DNA of 64,000 nucleotides from assembly GCA_947037025.1 (NCBI GenBank), contig CAMQSU010000001.1:111522-175521 (forward strand), written 5' to 3'. Of the stretch, positions 1-9,705 are shown in pieces. The notes beneath the pieces were generated by a model. That model searched no databases. It had not been told where the DNA came from and was given only the letters and a program-made list of their open reading frames with translations. A program made the position numbers and the translations under genes. The first letter of the stretch is position 1; each line of letters starts with the position of its first letter. Origin of the DNA: an uncultured Clostridia bacterium (GTDB taxonomy: Bacteria; Bacillota; Clostridia; Christensenellales; UBA3700).

Positions 1-1
1 T

Positions 2-370
2 GACGATTTTGACACTTCTAAGCTTGAAGTTGGAACTATAACTTATCAAAGTAAAGAAGAAATAATGCAGCTTATTGGAGTTTATCAAAATTTAAGTGAT
101 GGCGATATGATCGTTAAGCAAAATGAATTAAAAGTTGTATTAGATAGCTTTAATATGATAGTAAGAAGTATTAATGAAGATATTCAAGATAATAGTAACC
201 TTGCTAAAGGATCAAATCCAGTAGATGAAAATATTAAAACACTAACAGAACAAAGCAATTCAGCACCACTAACTAAAGAAAAAAATGCAGCAGCTGCTGC
301 AGCAATGGCTACTATAGTAATAATTGCACTAGCAGGTATGCTTGTTAAAAAATTTAGAGGTGTTATATGA
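2..370 (+). CDS. hypothetical protein, 3' part of a CDS open to the window edge; C-terminal membrane anchor
   Basis: The frame is open from nt 2, with no stop before the ATG at 65. It ends in an Ala run, a hydrophobic helix and a basic tail (AAAAAAMATIVIIALAGMLVKKFRGVI). It overlaps the next CDS by 4 nt. Confidence 0.4.
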   Translation, partial: DDFDTSKLEVGTITYQSKEEIMQLIGVYQNLSDGDMIVKQNELKVVLDSFNMIVRSINEDIQDNSNLAKGSNPVDENIKTLTEQSNSAPLTKEKNAAAAAAMATIVIIALAGMLVKKFRGVI

Positions 371-1002
371 GAAAATACAGCAAATTAGTTTTAGTTATGA
401 CGGTACTTATGATGGTAACTTGCAGCATTTTAGTTGCGTGCGCTCCAGCGGATGTAAAAGATCCGCCATTAATTGAAGATGGAGATGACAAGAATCCAGA
501 TGTGTTAACAGATGAAGAAATATATGACAAGATTGTATTGGAACATATTTCTAAAAGCGGATACACATTAAATATAGAGAGTATCCTTAAAGATTCCGAG
601 TCGGAAGATTATGCTAATGCTGATATGTATGTTAAAGTTGATGTGACCGTAGCTGAAGGTATTGCGACAACAGTTACTAAAGAGAAGGCTTTTGCGGAAA
701 TCGGTCAAGACCCTAATGAAAAGGTGACAACAACTTTAAATGAAAATTATCAAGGTGATAAGCTTAGCTTGCAATTAATGCTGATGAATTTTGAGAAGTA
801 CGTAATTGTGAAAGAAGGTAGCGTAATGACCTTGCAGGGCAATATACTTGATGCTAACGCTAAGGCAGTTTTTGGTAGAGATGGTTATTCAAATATCAAT
901 ATATCAGTTAATCTAGATATGCAAAAAAATCTTGTTACAAGCTTTATTGCAACTTTTGATCAAACAATTCTCAAATCAAGGATGATATTCACTCTTAAAT
1001 AA
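367..1002 (+). CDS. putative lipoprotein
   Basis: N-terminal signal peptide with a lipobox (MRKYSKLVLVMTVLMMVTCSILVAC|APAD). No recognisable catalytic motifs. Confidence 0.6.
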   Translation: MRKYSKLVLVMTVLMMVTCSILVACAPADVKDPPLIEDGDDKNPDVLTDEEIYDKIVLEHISKSGYTLNIESILKDSESEDYANADMYVKVDVTVAEGIATTVTKEKAFAEIGQDPNEKVTTTLNENYQGDKLSLQLMLMNFEKYVIVKEGSVMTLQGNILDANAKAVFGRDGYSNINISVNLDMQKNLVTSFIATFDQTILKSRMIFTLK

Positions 1003-1906
1003 TTAAATTAGCTATTTTCCGTAAATGTTAAATGTAAGGCGTTTTTGCTGCAAATATCATATATACGGATAACTATTAATGCAGTGCATTTTTTGATGAT
1101 TGTAACGTAATAGTCATCAAAAACATTGTTATATAGTATCTTAAAAAAATGCAATTAAATTATATTTATAGAAAGAATGCAATTTAAAAAAAATATCATA
1201 AAAGGCAACCATTGTTGAATGGTTGCTTTTTTTATTAACAAATAATTATAAAAGCTTCAGAATATCCACGTAATAGGGAAAGTGTGAAGATATTGCCATT
1301 AAAACAAGCATATAATCCACATATAGTGGATTATAATCTACAGTCATTGCTTGTAATTAAAATTAATATACTATCCACATAGTGTGGATTATCAATTTAT
1401 ACGCTTAATATGTCATATGTTGCTAGGATGTGGTGATAATAGTATTAAGCAAAATTAATAAGCTAAAAGAAACCTTGTTAATTTTCTGCAAGTTGTAATT
1501 TTGATTATAGTCTGTGCAATTTATAAATCAGTGGTATTTTGGTGCGGATTTATATAAGAAATGCATGAAATAATGCAAACAATAAAAAAACATTGCATTT
1601 TAAATAAAGTTTTCGGAAATATATTGCAGATATTGATTAATTATGACTGCATTACAATTTTATTTTAAATAATATACGAAGATTAATTTGATAATATATG
1701 TAAAAACCACAAGATTATAGGGTAAAACAGTATAAATATCTATACATAATTCAAAATAATAACAATATCACTTGCAATTACACAGTATTGTGTTATAATG
1801 TAAAAGTATAGTAATGAACTTTTGCTGTATTTTACAAAAATGATTATTCCGAGCGATTAATAGTTATCTCAGGATATATAAATCGTATCGATTGATAGAG
1901 GTGTTT

Positions 1907-3916
1907 ATGAAAGATAAATTGAATAAACTTAAAGTTAAGACAACTAGAGAAGGATTGCTGCTTTTTGCAGATTTGCTAACTGTTGCAATTAGTTTAGTAC
2001 TAGCATATGTATTGACTCAAATTTATGTACTTGGAAACGAAGTTATACAGGAAAGTGTTGTAGGTGATCTACTAGTATCAATTGCAATCGTTGTAGGACT
2101 GAGTGCAGTAGCGTTCTGGATATTTGGCGTATTTAAGGTGCTTTGGCGTACGGCTAAGCCTTGGGATTATGCTAGAATTGTACTGGCAATGCTGTTTGTA
2201 ACTGTTATTTTTTCTCTTCTTGACAGTTTTTGGTTAAAGCTATTATCTAAAGATGATGCTCCAATCGATATTCAAGCATACCCAACTTATATTATATTCT
2301 TTTTTAACGCAATATTATTTTTATCAGTAATGAGAAGTGCATACCAAGCATATTACACTAAATTTCACAATAAAACAAAAAATATTATAAGACGTAGAAC
2401 GTTGATAATTGGTGCGGGTAATGCTGCAGATACAATTCTTAACGAAATGGAAAAGAGTAATTCTGATTATTTACCAGTATTTGCGTTAGATGATGATCCT
2501 AATAAATTGTGCCGTATTTTTAATGGAATAGAAATCATAGGTACTCTTAATGATATTAAGAAAATTTGCGAGCAATATAAAATAGAAGTCATTATATTTG
2601 CTATACCTTCTATGGATGATTATAAAAGCAGAAATATCCTTAGAGTATGCGGTCAGACTGGTTGTGACGTCAAGATAATACCGAGCGTTAGCGATATGAT
2701 TGAAAGCGATAGCCTAATTGGGCAAATGCGTAGTGTCAATATTAAAGATTTGCTTGATAGGCCTCAAATTGAGTTTGAGGAGCAGGGTGTAAGTGAGTAT
2801 GTATGCGGCAAGACTGTTATGGTTACTGGTGGCGGTGGGTCTATTGGATCAGAGCTTTGCAGGCAAATACTTAAGTTTGCGCCAAAACGAATTGTAATTG
2901 TAGAGATTTATGAAAACTGCGCATATGATATTCAGCAGGAAATTAACTCTATAAAAGGACTAGATGTTGACTTTAGAGTAGAGATTTTATCAGTTACTGA
3001 TTATGATAAACTTGTTAGCGTATTTGAGCAATATCACCCTGATATAGTTTTTCATGCAGCAGCACATAAGCATGTTCCTCTAATGGAGACTAACCCAGAA
3101 GAAGCTGTTAAAAATAATATTTTTGGAACATACAATACAATCAAGATAGCAGCTCAGTGTGAAGTTAAAAAGTTTATACTGATTAGCACAGATAAAGCTG
3201 TTAATCCTACAAATATTATGGGGGCAACAAAGCGTTGTTGTGAAAAAATTCTTCAACTTACTTCAAGATCAGACTGCAAAACTGAGTTTGCAGCTGTCAG
3301 ATTTGGAAATGTTTTAGGAAGCAATGGTTCCGTTATACCACTATTTAAAAGGCAAATTGAAAAGGGTGGACCTGTCACTGTAACTCATAAAGATATTATA
3401 AGATATTTTATGACTATACCAGAGGCCGTAAGTTTAGTTATGCAAGCGGGAGCGTTTGCGAAAAACGGTGAAATATTTGTACTTGATATGGGCGAGCAAG
3501 TGAAAATTGTAAGCCTAGCAGAAAATCTTATAAGAGCACTTGGTTATGTTCCGTATGCTGATATTGATATTAAGTTTACTGGATTGCGTCCAGGAGAAAA
3601 ACTTTTTGAAGAATTACTTATGAATGAAGAGGGCTTAAATAAGACTGATAACGATAAGATATTTGTTGGCACTCAAATTCAGTTTGATGATGATAAATTT
3701 ATTTCTGAGTTAGATAAAATGCAAAATATTTGTATGACAAATGACAAAGATGAAGTTATTAAACAATTAAAAATTCTTGTTCCAACATTTAAGCATGATA
3801 TGGCCCAGTATAATCACATGAAAGAGCATGATGAAATGATTAATATTGAGTTTATAAATAAGCGAGATTTATCTAAAAATAGTGAGGTAGTGCAGGTAAA
3901 TAATGATTTATCATAA
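1907..3916 (+). CDS. membrane-bound polysaccharide biosynthesis protein, CapD/PglF-like NDP-sugar 4,6-dehydratase/epimerase
   Basis: About four N-terminal TM helices are followed by two Rossmann regions (IIGAGNAA; VTGGGGSIGSEL). It has the SDR-type ...STDKAVNPTNIMGATKR... motif. I prefer the ATG at 1907 because GAGGTG lies just upstream; the track start at 1892 is a TTG. Confidence 0.85.
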   Translation: MKDKLNKLKVKTTREGLLLFADLLTVAISLVLAYVLTQIYVLGNEVIQESVVGDLLVSIAIVVGLSAVAFWIFGVFKVLWRTAKPWDYARIVLAMLFVTVIFSLLDSFWLKLLSKDDAPIDIQAYPTYIIFFFNAILFLSVMRSAYQAYYTKFHNKTKNIIRRRTLIIGAGNAADTILNEMEKSNSDYLPVFALDDDPNKLCRIFNGIEIIGTLNDIKKICEQYKIEVIIFAIPSMDDYKSRNILRVCGQTGCDVKIIPSVSDMIESDSLIGQMRSVNIKDLLDRPQIEFEEQGVSEYVCGKTVMVTGGGGSIGSELCRQILKFAPKRIVIVEIYENCAYDIQQEINSIKGLDVDFRVEILSVTDYDKLVSVFEQYHPDIVFHAAAHKHVPLMETNPEEAVKNNIFGTYNTIKIAAQCEVKKFILISTDKAVNPTNIMGATKRCCEKILQLTSRSDCKTEFAAVRFGNVLGSNGSVIPLFKRQIEKGGPVTVTHKDIIRYFMTIPEAVSLVMQAGAFAKNGEIFVLDMGEQVKIVSLAENLIRALGYVPYADIDIKFTGLRPGEKLFEELLMNEEGLNKTDNDKIFVGTQIQFDDDKFISELDKMQNICMTNDKDEVIKQLKILVPTFKHDMAQYNHMKEHDEMINIEFINKRDLSKNSEVVQVNNDLS

Positions 3917-3973
3917 TCGTTATTTTAATAGTTAAAATCATCAATAAAATAATAATTAAAAAAAGTAAAAACA

Positions 3974-4020
3974 CGCTCGCAATGAAAGAATTATATTCTA
4001 TCAGTGCGAGCGATTTTTTT
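3974..4020 (+). terminator. rho-independent terminator after the capD-like gene
   Basis: Stem CGCTCGCA (3974-3981) pairs with TGCGAGCG (4005-4012), followed by a T7 run. The loop is rather long. Confidence 0.55.
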
Positions 4021-4100
4021 ATCAATATATTAATTTTTTTTGTCATAAATTGCGCAGTAAAATCTGATCAGTAGTATAATAAAATAGTGGAGGATTAAAT

Positions 4101-4958
4101 ATGATATATGAGAAGAAAAACAAAGTATTACAAGGGGAAACTATAATTATTTCTGAGTTATCAGGTGACCTGAAAATCCAAATAATTGCTGATGAAATCG
4201 ATGATAATATTGCATACTATTTAGAGATTTTATGCCCGAAAAATATTAAGTATTGTTTGCAGCGGTGCACTGTTGAAGATCGAATTCTGAGTGTAGATAT
4301 TCCAAACGGAATTTTAGTCAGCAAGGGTGACATATATGGTCAAATTGTTTGTAGAGATAAAGTAGCAGGTAAAATTTTAGATAAATCGTTAGTTACAGCG
4401 CTACCTATAATCACCGTCACAAGGTCTATTAACGCATCTGATACCGTAAATATTAAGGCTGCTCATGATGTAATTGCGGAAATGATTATAGCGAAAGACA
4501 AAATGGAAGATGTCGCAGTAGAGCTTAGAGAAGATATTGTAGATAAAGTTGACCGTGCAGATGTAGATGGGGAGTTTGATAAGATAAATAAATCTTTAGT
4601 TAAAATATCTGATATTGTGAATTGTGACATGATAGGTTTTGATACAATGCAGGAAATTGCTGAATTGCTGGCATATACTAAAAACGGGGTTGAGGGATTA
4701 ATGAATTCTACAATTCCATTTATAGATTTTCGTATTGCAAAGCTCGATAATAGGCTGTTAGGATCAAGGGAGGGCGCAGTATTATTCTTTGATTATACCA
4801 ATGCGGACATGCAACTTATACATGAAGATAGTTTTTTGAATACAGTGGATAAAATCCATGCTATTTATGAAGGAATGTGGGAAAAAAATACTGGCATATT
4901 ATCGCAGCTTATTCCTGTAAATAGCGATAAAATTTTTTCATATATAAGGCTCTATTGA
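4101..4958 (+). CDS. hypothetical protein (no signal peptide, no recognised domain)
   Basis: 285-aa ORF with a GGAGGA RBS 8 nt upstream. It has normal coding composition, and a bidirectional terminator lies downstream. Confidence 0.5.
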   Translation: MIYEKKNKVLQGETIIISELSGDLKIQIIADEIDDNIAYYLEILCPKNIKYCLQRCTVEDRILSVDIPNGILVSKGDIYGQIVCRDKVAGKILDKSLVTALPIITVTRSINASDTVNIKAAHDVIAEMIIAKDKMEDVAVELREDIVDKVDRADVDGEFDKINKSLVKISDIVNCDMIGFDTMQEIAELLAYTKNGVEGLMNSTIPFIDFRIAKLDNRLLGSREGAVLFFDYTNADMQLIHEDSFLNTVDKIHAIYEGMWEKNTGILSQLIPVNSDKIFSYIRLY

Positions 4959-5060
4959 TGCTTATATTTTGAATAAAATAATATAATTATCAATTGGATA
5001 ATGAAAAGCTATAGAAAAAAAATATAGAAAATATATTGCAATTAAGCAATTTAAAAAAAA

Positions 5061-5090
5061 GGCAGCTCATATTATTATGAGCTGCCTTTT
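5061..5090. terminator. bidirectional rho-independent terminator between convergent genes
   Basis: GGCAGCTCAT / ATGAGCTGCC perfect 10-bp stem, flanked by an A8 run upstream and a T run downstream. Confidence 0.8.
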
Positions 5091-5230
5091 TATGTTAATA
5101 AACTATATTTTAATTTAATTTTGCTTAGCTAAACATAAAGTTAATTAGATATTAAATTACAAATTAATTGCTAATTTATTATCCGAAAATATATTTTTTG
5201 TCATCAAATTGCATTTAGGTTTTTGCAATA

Positions 5231-6406
5231 TTATTTAGCTAAATTAAATATCGCTACTAAGTCATCATAGTTCAATTGCTTAAATGATCCTAGAGTAGAT
5301 TTTCCGTTATTTGTGCCTATATTAGCTAGCTTGCTAATCAAACTATCGTCAAGAATAATATCAAATTCATTAATTGCAATTGGCATATTGATTGATTTGA
5401 AAAAGTCCTCCAGTGCTTTTATTCCTGCGAGACCGACTATCATATTGTCCTCACCTTTTATATCAAATACATCACGAGCGAAGGTAGCGAACCTTGATGG
5501 TTTAGTATCTATTACATATCTAGCCCAGCTGCTCCATAAAGCTGAAAGTCCAGCACCATGTGCAATATGGTCAAATTCTCCGCTTAATGTGTGCTCTATA
5601 TCGTGTGTTGCCCAGTCACCTGTCGCGCCACATCCAGTAAGGTCATTATGCGATATGCTGCCTGTCCACATAATCTCAGCTCTTGAATCGTAGTTAGTCG
5701 GATCTGCTAAAACTATTGATGCGTGCTTTAACATGTTTTTTATAACTGAAATGCAAATTTTATCAGTAATATCCATTGTTTCAACAGTTGTAAAATAACG
5801 CTCTAAAGTGTGTATCATTATATCAACTATACCGCATTTTGTTTGAAAGTCGGGCAGTGTAAATGTAAGTTCTGGATTAAGAATGCTAAATTTAGGTCTA
5901 CAAGACTCGTGACCAACAGCACGTTTATTATTAGTTTCATCATTTGTAATAACGCAACCACCGCTCATCTCGCTTCCGGCTGCTGCAAGAGTCAAAATAG
6001 TAGCAACAGGAAGGCAGTCTGTAGGAAATTCTGTACGCATAAATAAGTTCCAAACATCGCCATTATGCTTTACGCCAAATCCGATTGCCTTTGCACTATC
6101 GATAGTACTTCCTCCACCAACAGCGAGTATAAAATCAACGTTTTCTTTTTTGCATAATTCGATACCTTCTCTAACTAAAGATAGTTTAGGGTTTGGTGCA
6201 ACTCCGCCTAGAGTCACAAATGCAAGTCCGCTATCTTTAAGCGATTTGATAACTCGGTCAAGAAGTCCGCTTTTAATAACGCTTCCACCACCGTAGTGCA
6301 CAAGTACCTTTGTAGCACGAGCGTCGCTGCACAATTTGCCAGCCGATAGCTCTACACCTTTACCAAATACCATTTTGGTCGGTGCGTAGAATTCAAAATT
6401 ATTCAT
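5231..6406 (-). CDS. iron-containing (group III) alcohol dehydrogenase, butanol dehydrogenase/YqhD-like
   Basis: Fe-ADH signatures are present: AVGGGSTIDSAKAIG and the His cluster HDIEHTLSGEFDHIAHGAGL. The length of 391 aa is typical. Confidence 0.85.
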   Translation of the reverse strand: MNNFEFYAPTKMVFGKGVELSAGKLCSDARATKVLVHYGGGSVIKSGLLDRVIKSLKDSGLAFVTLGGVAPNPKLSLVREGIELCKKENVDFILAVGGGSTIDSAKAIGFGVKHNGDVWNLFMRTEFPTDCLPVATILTLAAAGSEMSGGCVITNDETNNKRAVGHESCRPKFSILNPELTFTLPDFQTKCGIVDIMIHTLERYFTTVETMDITDKICISVIKNMLKHASIVLADPTNYDSRAEIMWTGSISHNDLTGCGATGDWATHDIEHTLSGEFDHIAHGAGLSALWSSWARYVIDTKPSRFATFARDVFDIKGEDNMIVGLAGIKALEDFFKSINMPIAINEFDIILDDSLISKLANIGTNNGKSTLGSFKQLNYDDLVAIFNLAK

Positions 6407-6631
6407 AGATTTTCCCCTTTTTTGTAATATATTATTACACTTGACTTTATGATATCACATAAAATACAATTAGTCAATACTGATAGGCAAATCTATATTG
6501 ACAATATTATTTATTTATGATATAATTATAAAGATTAATTTATTAAACGCACGTGTCATAATTATTTAGATTATATGATACAATTAGCGTAAGTTGCTCG
6601 GCGGTGTCGCAGCGATAATATGGAGGTATGT

Positions 6632-7606
6632 ATGAAGTTTTCAGTATTAGGCTGTGGCAGATGGGGGTCTTTTATTACATGGTATTTGTCCGAGAAGAAA
6701 GGCTTTGATACTACTATGTATGGCAGGGAAGGCAGTGCTAGATTTAAGGCACTTTTAGATACTAAACAGAACGAATTTGTGAAATTAGATGATAGAGTCA
6801 AAATGACTAGTGATTTAGGCGAAGCGGTCAATTCTGCAGATTATATTGTAATCAGTATTTCCGCACAAGCTCTTAGAGAGTTTATAAGAAACATTGTTAA
6901 ATCTTATGATCTAGCTGACAAGAAAATCATTTTGTGCATGAAGGGAATGGAGCTTTCTAGCTGCAAGCGTCTTACGGAAGTTTGTATTGAAGAAGGCGTG
7001 AATCCTGAGAAAATAGCAGTTTGGCTTGGGCCTGGGCATATTCAAGACTTTACTCGAGGTATTCCTAACTGCATGACAATTGACGCGTATAACAGCGATT
7101 TATCTGAGGAACTTGCTAAATTACTTAGCAGTGATATTATTAGGTTTTATTTTGGCTCGGATATAATTGGTAGCGAAATCGGTGCGGCTTGCAAAAATAT
7201 TATGGGAATATGTGCCGGACTTTTAGACGGGTACGGATATTCAACATTAAAAGGCCCACTAATGTCAAGAGGTGCTTTTGAGGTTTCTAAGTTTATCGCG
7301 GCAATGGGCGGAGATGGATATTCAGCTTATGGATTAACTCATTTAGGTGATTATGAAACTACTTTGTTTTCAAAGCATTCTAACAATAGGCAATTTGGAG
7401 AGCAGCTTGCAAGCAACTTGCCATATGTAAAACTAGCAGAAGGTGTATCTACTTGCAAAGCAGTTGCAGATAAAGCACGTGAACTTGGTGTTGACATGCC
7501 TATAACTTTTGCAATACAGAAAGTTTTATTTGACAAAAGCGAACCGAAAACTGTACTTAATGAAATGTTTAATAGGACAATAAAAGTAGAAAAATACAGC
7601 AAATAA
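6632..7606 (+). CDS. gpsA: NAD(P)H-dependent glycerol-3-phosphate dehydrogenase
   Basis: It has the N-terminal Rossmann motif (VLGCGRWGS) and the GpsA-type KNIMGICAGLLDG motif. The start is moved to the ATG at 6632, directly after GGAGGT. Confidence 0.85.
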   Translation: MKFSVLGCGRWGSFITWYLSEKKGFDTTMYGREGSARFKALLDTKQNEFVKLDDRVKMTSDLGEAVNSADYIVISISAQALREFIRNIVKSYDLADKKIILCMKGMELSSCKRLTEVCIEEGVNPEKIAVWLGPGHIQDFTRGIPNCMTIDAYNSDLSEELAKLLSSDIIRFYFGSDIIGSEIGAACKNIMGICAGLLDGYGYSTLKGPLMSRGAFEVSKFIAAMGGDGYSAYGLTHLGDYETTLFSKHSNNRQFGEQLASNLPYVKLAEGVSTCKAVADKARELGVDMPITFAIQKVLFDKSEPKTVLNEMFNRTIKVEKYSK

Positions 7607-8013
7607 TAATGCATATTTAAGTTGCAAAAAATGACTTAAATACAAATATAATATATAATTAAATTGCAAATAAAATCATAAATTAATAACTGAATAATCA
7701 AAGATTAAAATTACACCGCAAGCTTATAGAAATATTAGATTGCGGTTTATTTTTTTTGCACTTGCAAATGTAGTATTTAAAATAAAATTATTCTGCAACT
7801 CCATAGCATTAATGCAGTTAATATAAAATAAATAATGTATTTATAATAATAAAAAATTGCAATATAAAAATAATATATAATGCAAATTTATATATAGATA
7901 TTCGCTATGATAAATACCGATAATAAATATTAGTGATAATTATTTTGTACTGCAAATATTTAGTTGTAATAATTTAATATTTATCACATATACATATTAC
8001 AAGAGGTGAATAT

Positions 8014-8712
8014 ATGAAGAAATATGTTATAGTGGCAATGTCACTATTAGTGTGTATTGGTGTTTTGGTAGGCTGTACGCCTGCAATGTCTCAGCTTGAT
8101 ACTATGAAGGCAAGTGTATCATACAGCCAAACTGAACTATTGGTTAGCAGCAATGCTGATATCAGGGTAGAGATAGCGGCTGGTAGTAGAGAAATTAGTA
8201 TGATTTCAGATGGTGTTGTATCAGAGATGATGGAATATTGTACACTAGCTATCACACCTTTAAGCTATGAACTGTACGATAAACAGATGAAATTTAAACT
8301 AATTGGTGAAAAAGGTGAGATTACTGGCGAATGCAAGCGTGCGATAGTAGGGATCAATCAGTTAGCTGATATTATGGATGTTGAAAGTATAGGCGTAGTT
8401 TCTAAGATTGTAATCATGTATGAAGAAGTCAGTGTAGAGCTTGAGCTGAAAAGTGCAGCGCAAGGAATGATAGATTATAATGCAGCAGTAGAAAGTGTAT
8501 TTAATGGTTGCTCGGCAGAAATTGAGCCAATGTTTAATGGTAACGAGTTTTTAGCTGAAGTGCACGTGAAAATATCTCGTGATAATACTTCAGATACTGA
8601 TAAGTATTATTGGTATGTTAGCGTAACGGTTGATACTGATACTAGTTTATATGTTTTAGTTGATGGTGAGACTGGTGCGATTTTAGCTAAAAAATGCAGC
8701 ATAGTAGAGTAA
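8014..8712 (+). CDS. putative lipoprotein
   Basis: Signal peptide plus lipobox (MKKYVIVAMSLLVCIGVLVGC|TPA). No other motifs. Confidence 0.6.
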   Translation: MKKYVIVAMSLLVCIGVLVGCTPAMSQLDTMKASVSYSQTELLVSSNADIRVEIAAGSREISMISDGVVSEMMEYCTLAITPLSYELYDKQMKFKLIGEKGEITGECKRAIVGINQLADIMDVESIGVVSKIVIMYEEVSVELELKSAAQGMIDYNAAVESVFNGCSAEIEPMFNGNEFLAEVHVKISRDNTSDTDKYYWYVSVTVDTDTSLYVLVDGETGAILAKKCSIVE

Positions 8713-9272
8713 ATAAATTTCTGGAAAAATTTAGAAAATAATTGCAGATAAAAATATATATGCAAGTATAAATTCGAATAAAATTATTGTAATATTTGCT
8801 ATTACTGTTAGCGAAATATATATTAGAACTTATGCATAATTTAAAAAATATATTGATATAAAATATAAAAATTTGATACCAAATTCAAAAAAATATAACA
8901 TATCATTTAATTGATATGTTATATTTTATTTTGCTGAAAATATCTATTTCATATTATTTTATTTTGCTGAAAATTTATGGTATTATTTGCGTTTATATGC
9001 AATAGAATATAATATATGATTAAAAGGAATTTGTATTGATTTAATTATAAACAATATTATAAATTTATTATCAGTTGAATATAATATTATCGCACAGTAA
9101 ATGCGGTATTAATAGTTATATAATAATACAGGTTGCAGCGTGCTAATTTATATGCGGTAGATAAGTATAATTATCATACTTAATTATTTCCGCATATATT
9201 AGAAAAAAGAGTATCATCGCTGATACTCCAATTTCTAGCATTTAATGCAAATTATATGTATTATAGTTTAGC

Positions 9273-9566
9273 TTAGAAGCATCCGCAGTTATTGCCGCAA
9301 CCGCCGCCAAAGCCGCCGCCGCATCCGCCGCATCCGCCACATAACCATAAGATTAAGATAGGCCAGATACCGCCGCAAGAGTTACCACATCCGTTGTTGT
9401 AGCCATTACCGCAACCGCAAGAGTTGGCAGCACTTTCACATCCGCAAGAGTTGCCACAGCTATTGCCACAGCTATTGCCGTAAGCATTGCCACCGCCACA
9501 GCCGCAACAGCTGATAAGTAAAAGTATAATGTAGATAGAGCTGCAATTGTTGTTACATCCGTTCAT
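9273..9566 (-). CDS. small Cys/Gly-rich protein with two hydrophobic segments (YjcZ-like composition)
   Basis: The preferred start is MNGCNNNC at 9566, which has GGAGGT 7 nt upstream. The product is 97 aa and contains GNSCGNSCGNSCG, SCGCES and GGCGGCGGGFGGGCGNNCGCF. The two hydrophobic stretches are SIYIILLLISCC and IWPILILWLCGG. Confidence 0.6.
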   Translation of the reverse strand: MNGCNNNCSSIYIILLLISCCGCGGGNAYGNSCGNSCGNSCGCESAANSCGCGNGYNNGCGNSCGGIWPILILWLCGGCGGCGGGFGGGCGNNCGCF

Positions 9567-9645
9567 ATTAGTTACCTCCATAAGTGTTTTTAGAGTCATA
9601 CTCTACTTTAATGTACGCATAATTTACTAAAAGTGTTACAGCTAC

Positions 9646-9674
9646 TTGACAAATTTTTAATTTCATACTATTAT
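9646..9674 (+). promoter_or_regulatory. sigma-A type promoter for glyQS
   Basis: TTGACA (9646-9651), a 17-nt spacer, then TATTAT (9669-9674). Confidence 0.6.
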
Positions 9675-9705
9675 TATAGATAATACAAAATAAATGAGGT
9701 GTAAA

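Noticed and set aside
1262-1391. Chromosomal replication origin (oriC)
   Set aside because: DnaA-box-like sites are present, but there is no dnaA, dnaN or rpmH nearby and no obvious AT-rich 13-mer unwinding repeats. The boxes occur as strict palindromes. They are reported only as operator-like sites.
9273-9566. TOMM/heterocycloanthracin-type bacteriocin precursor
   Set aside because: The composition is suggestive, but the window holds no cyclodehydratase, dehydrogenase, leader-peptidase or ABC exporter gene near it. It is kept only as an alternative hypothesis in the findings.
9600-9705. T-box leaders upstream of glyQS (and of lysS at 34439-34465)
   Set aside because: The leaders are only about 40 nt after the promoter for glyQS and 27 nt for lysS. 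That is far too short for a T-box, and no AGGGUGGNACC-type T-box sequence is present.
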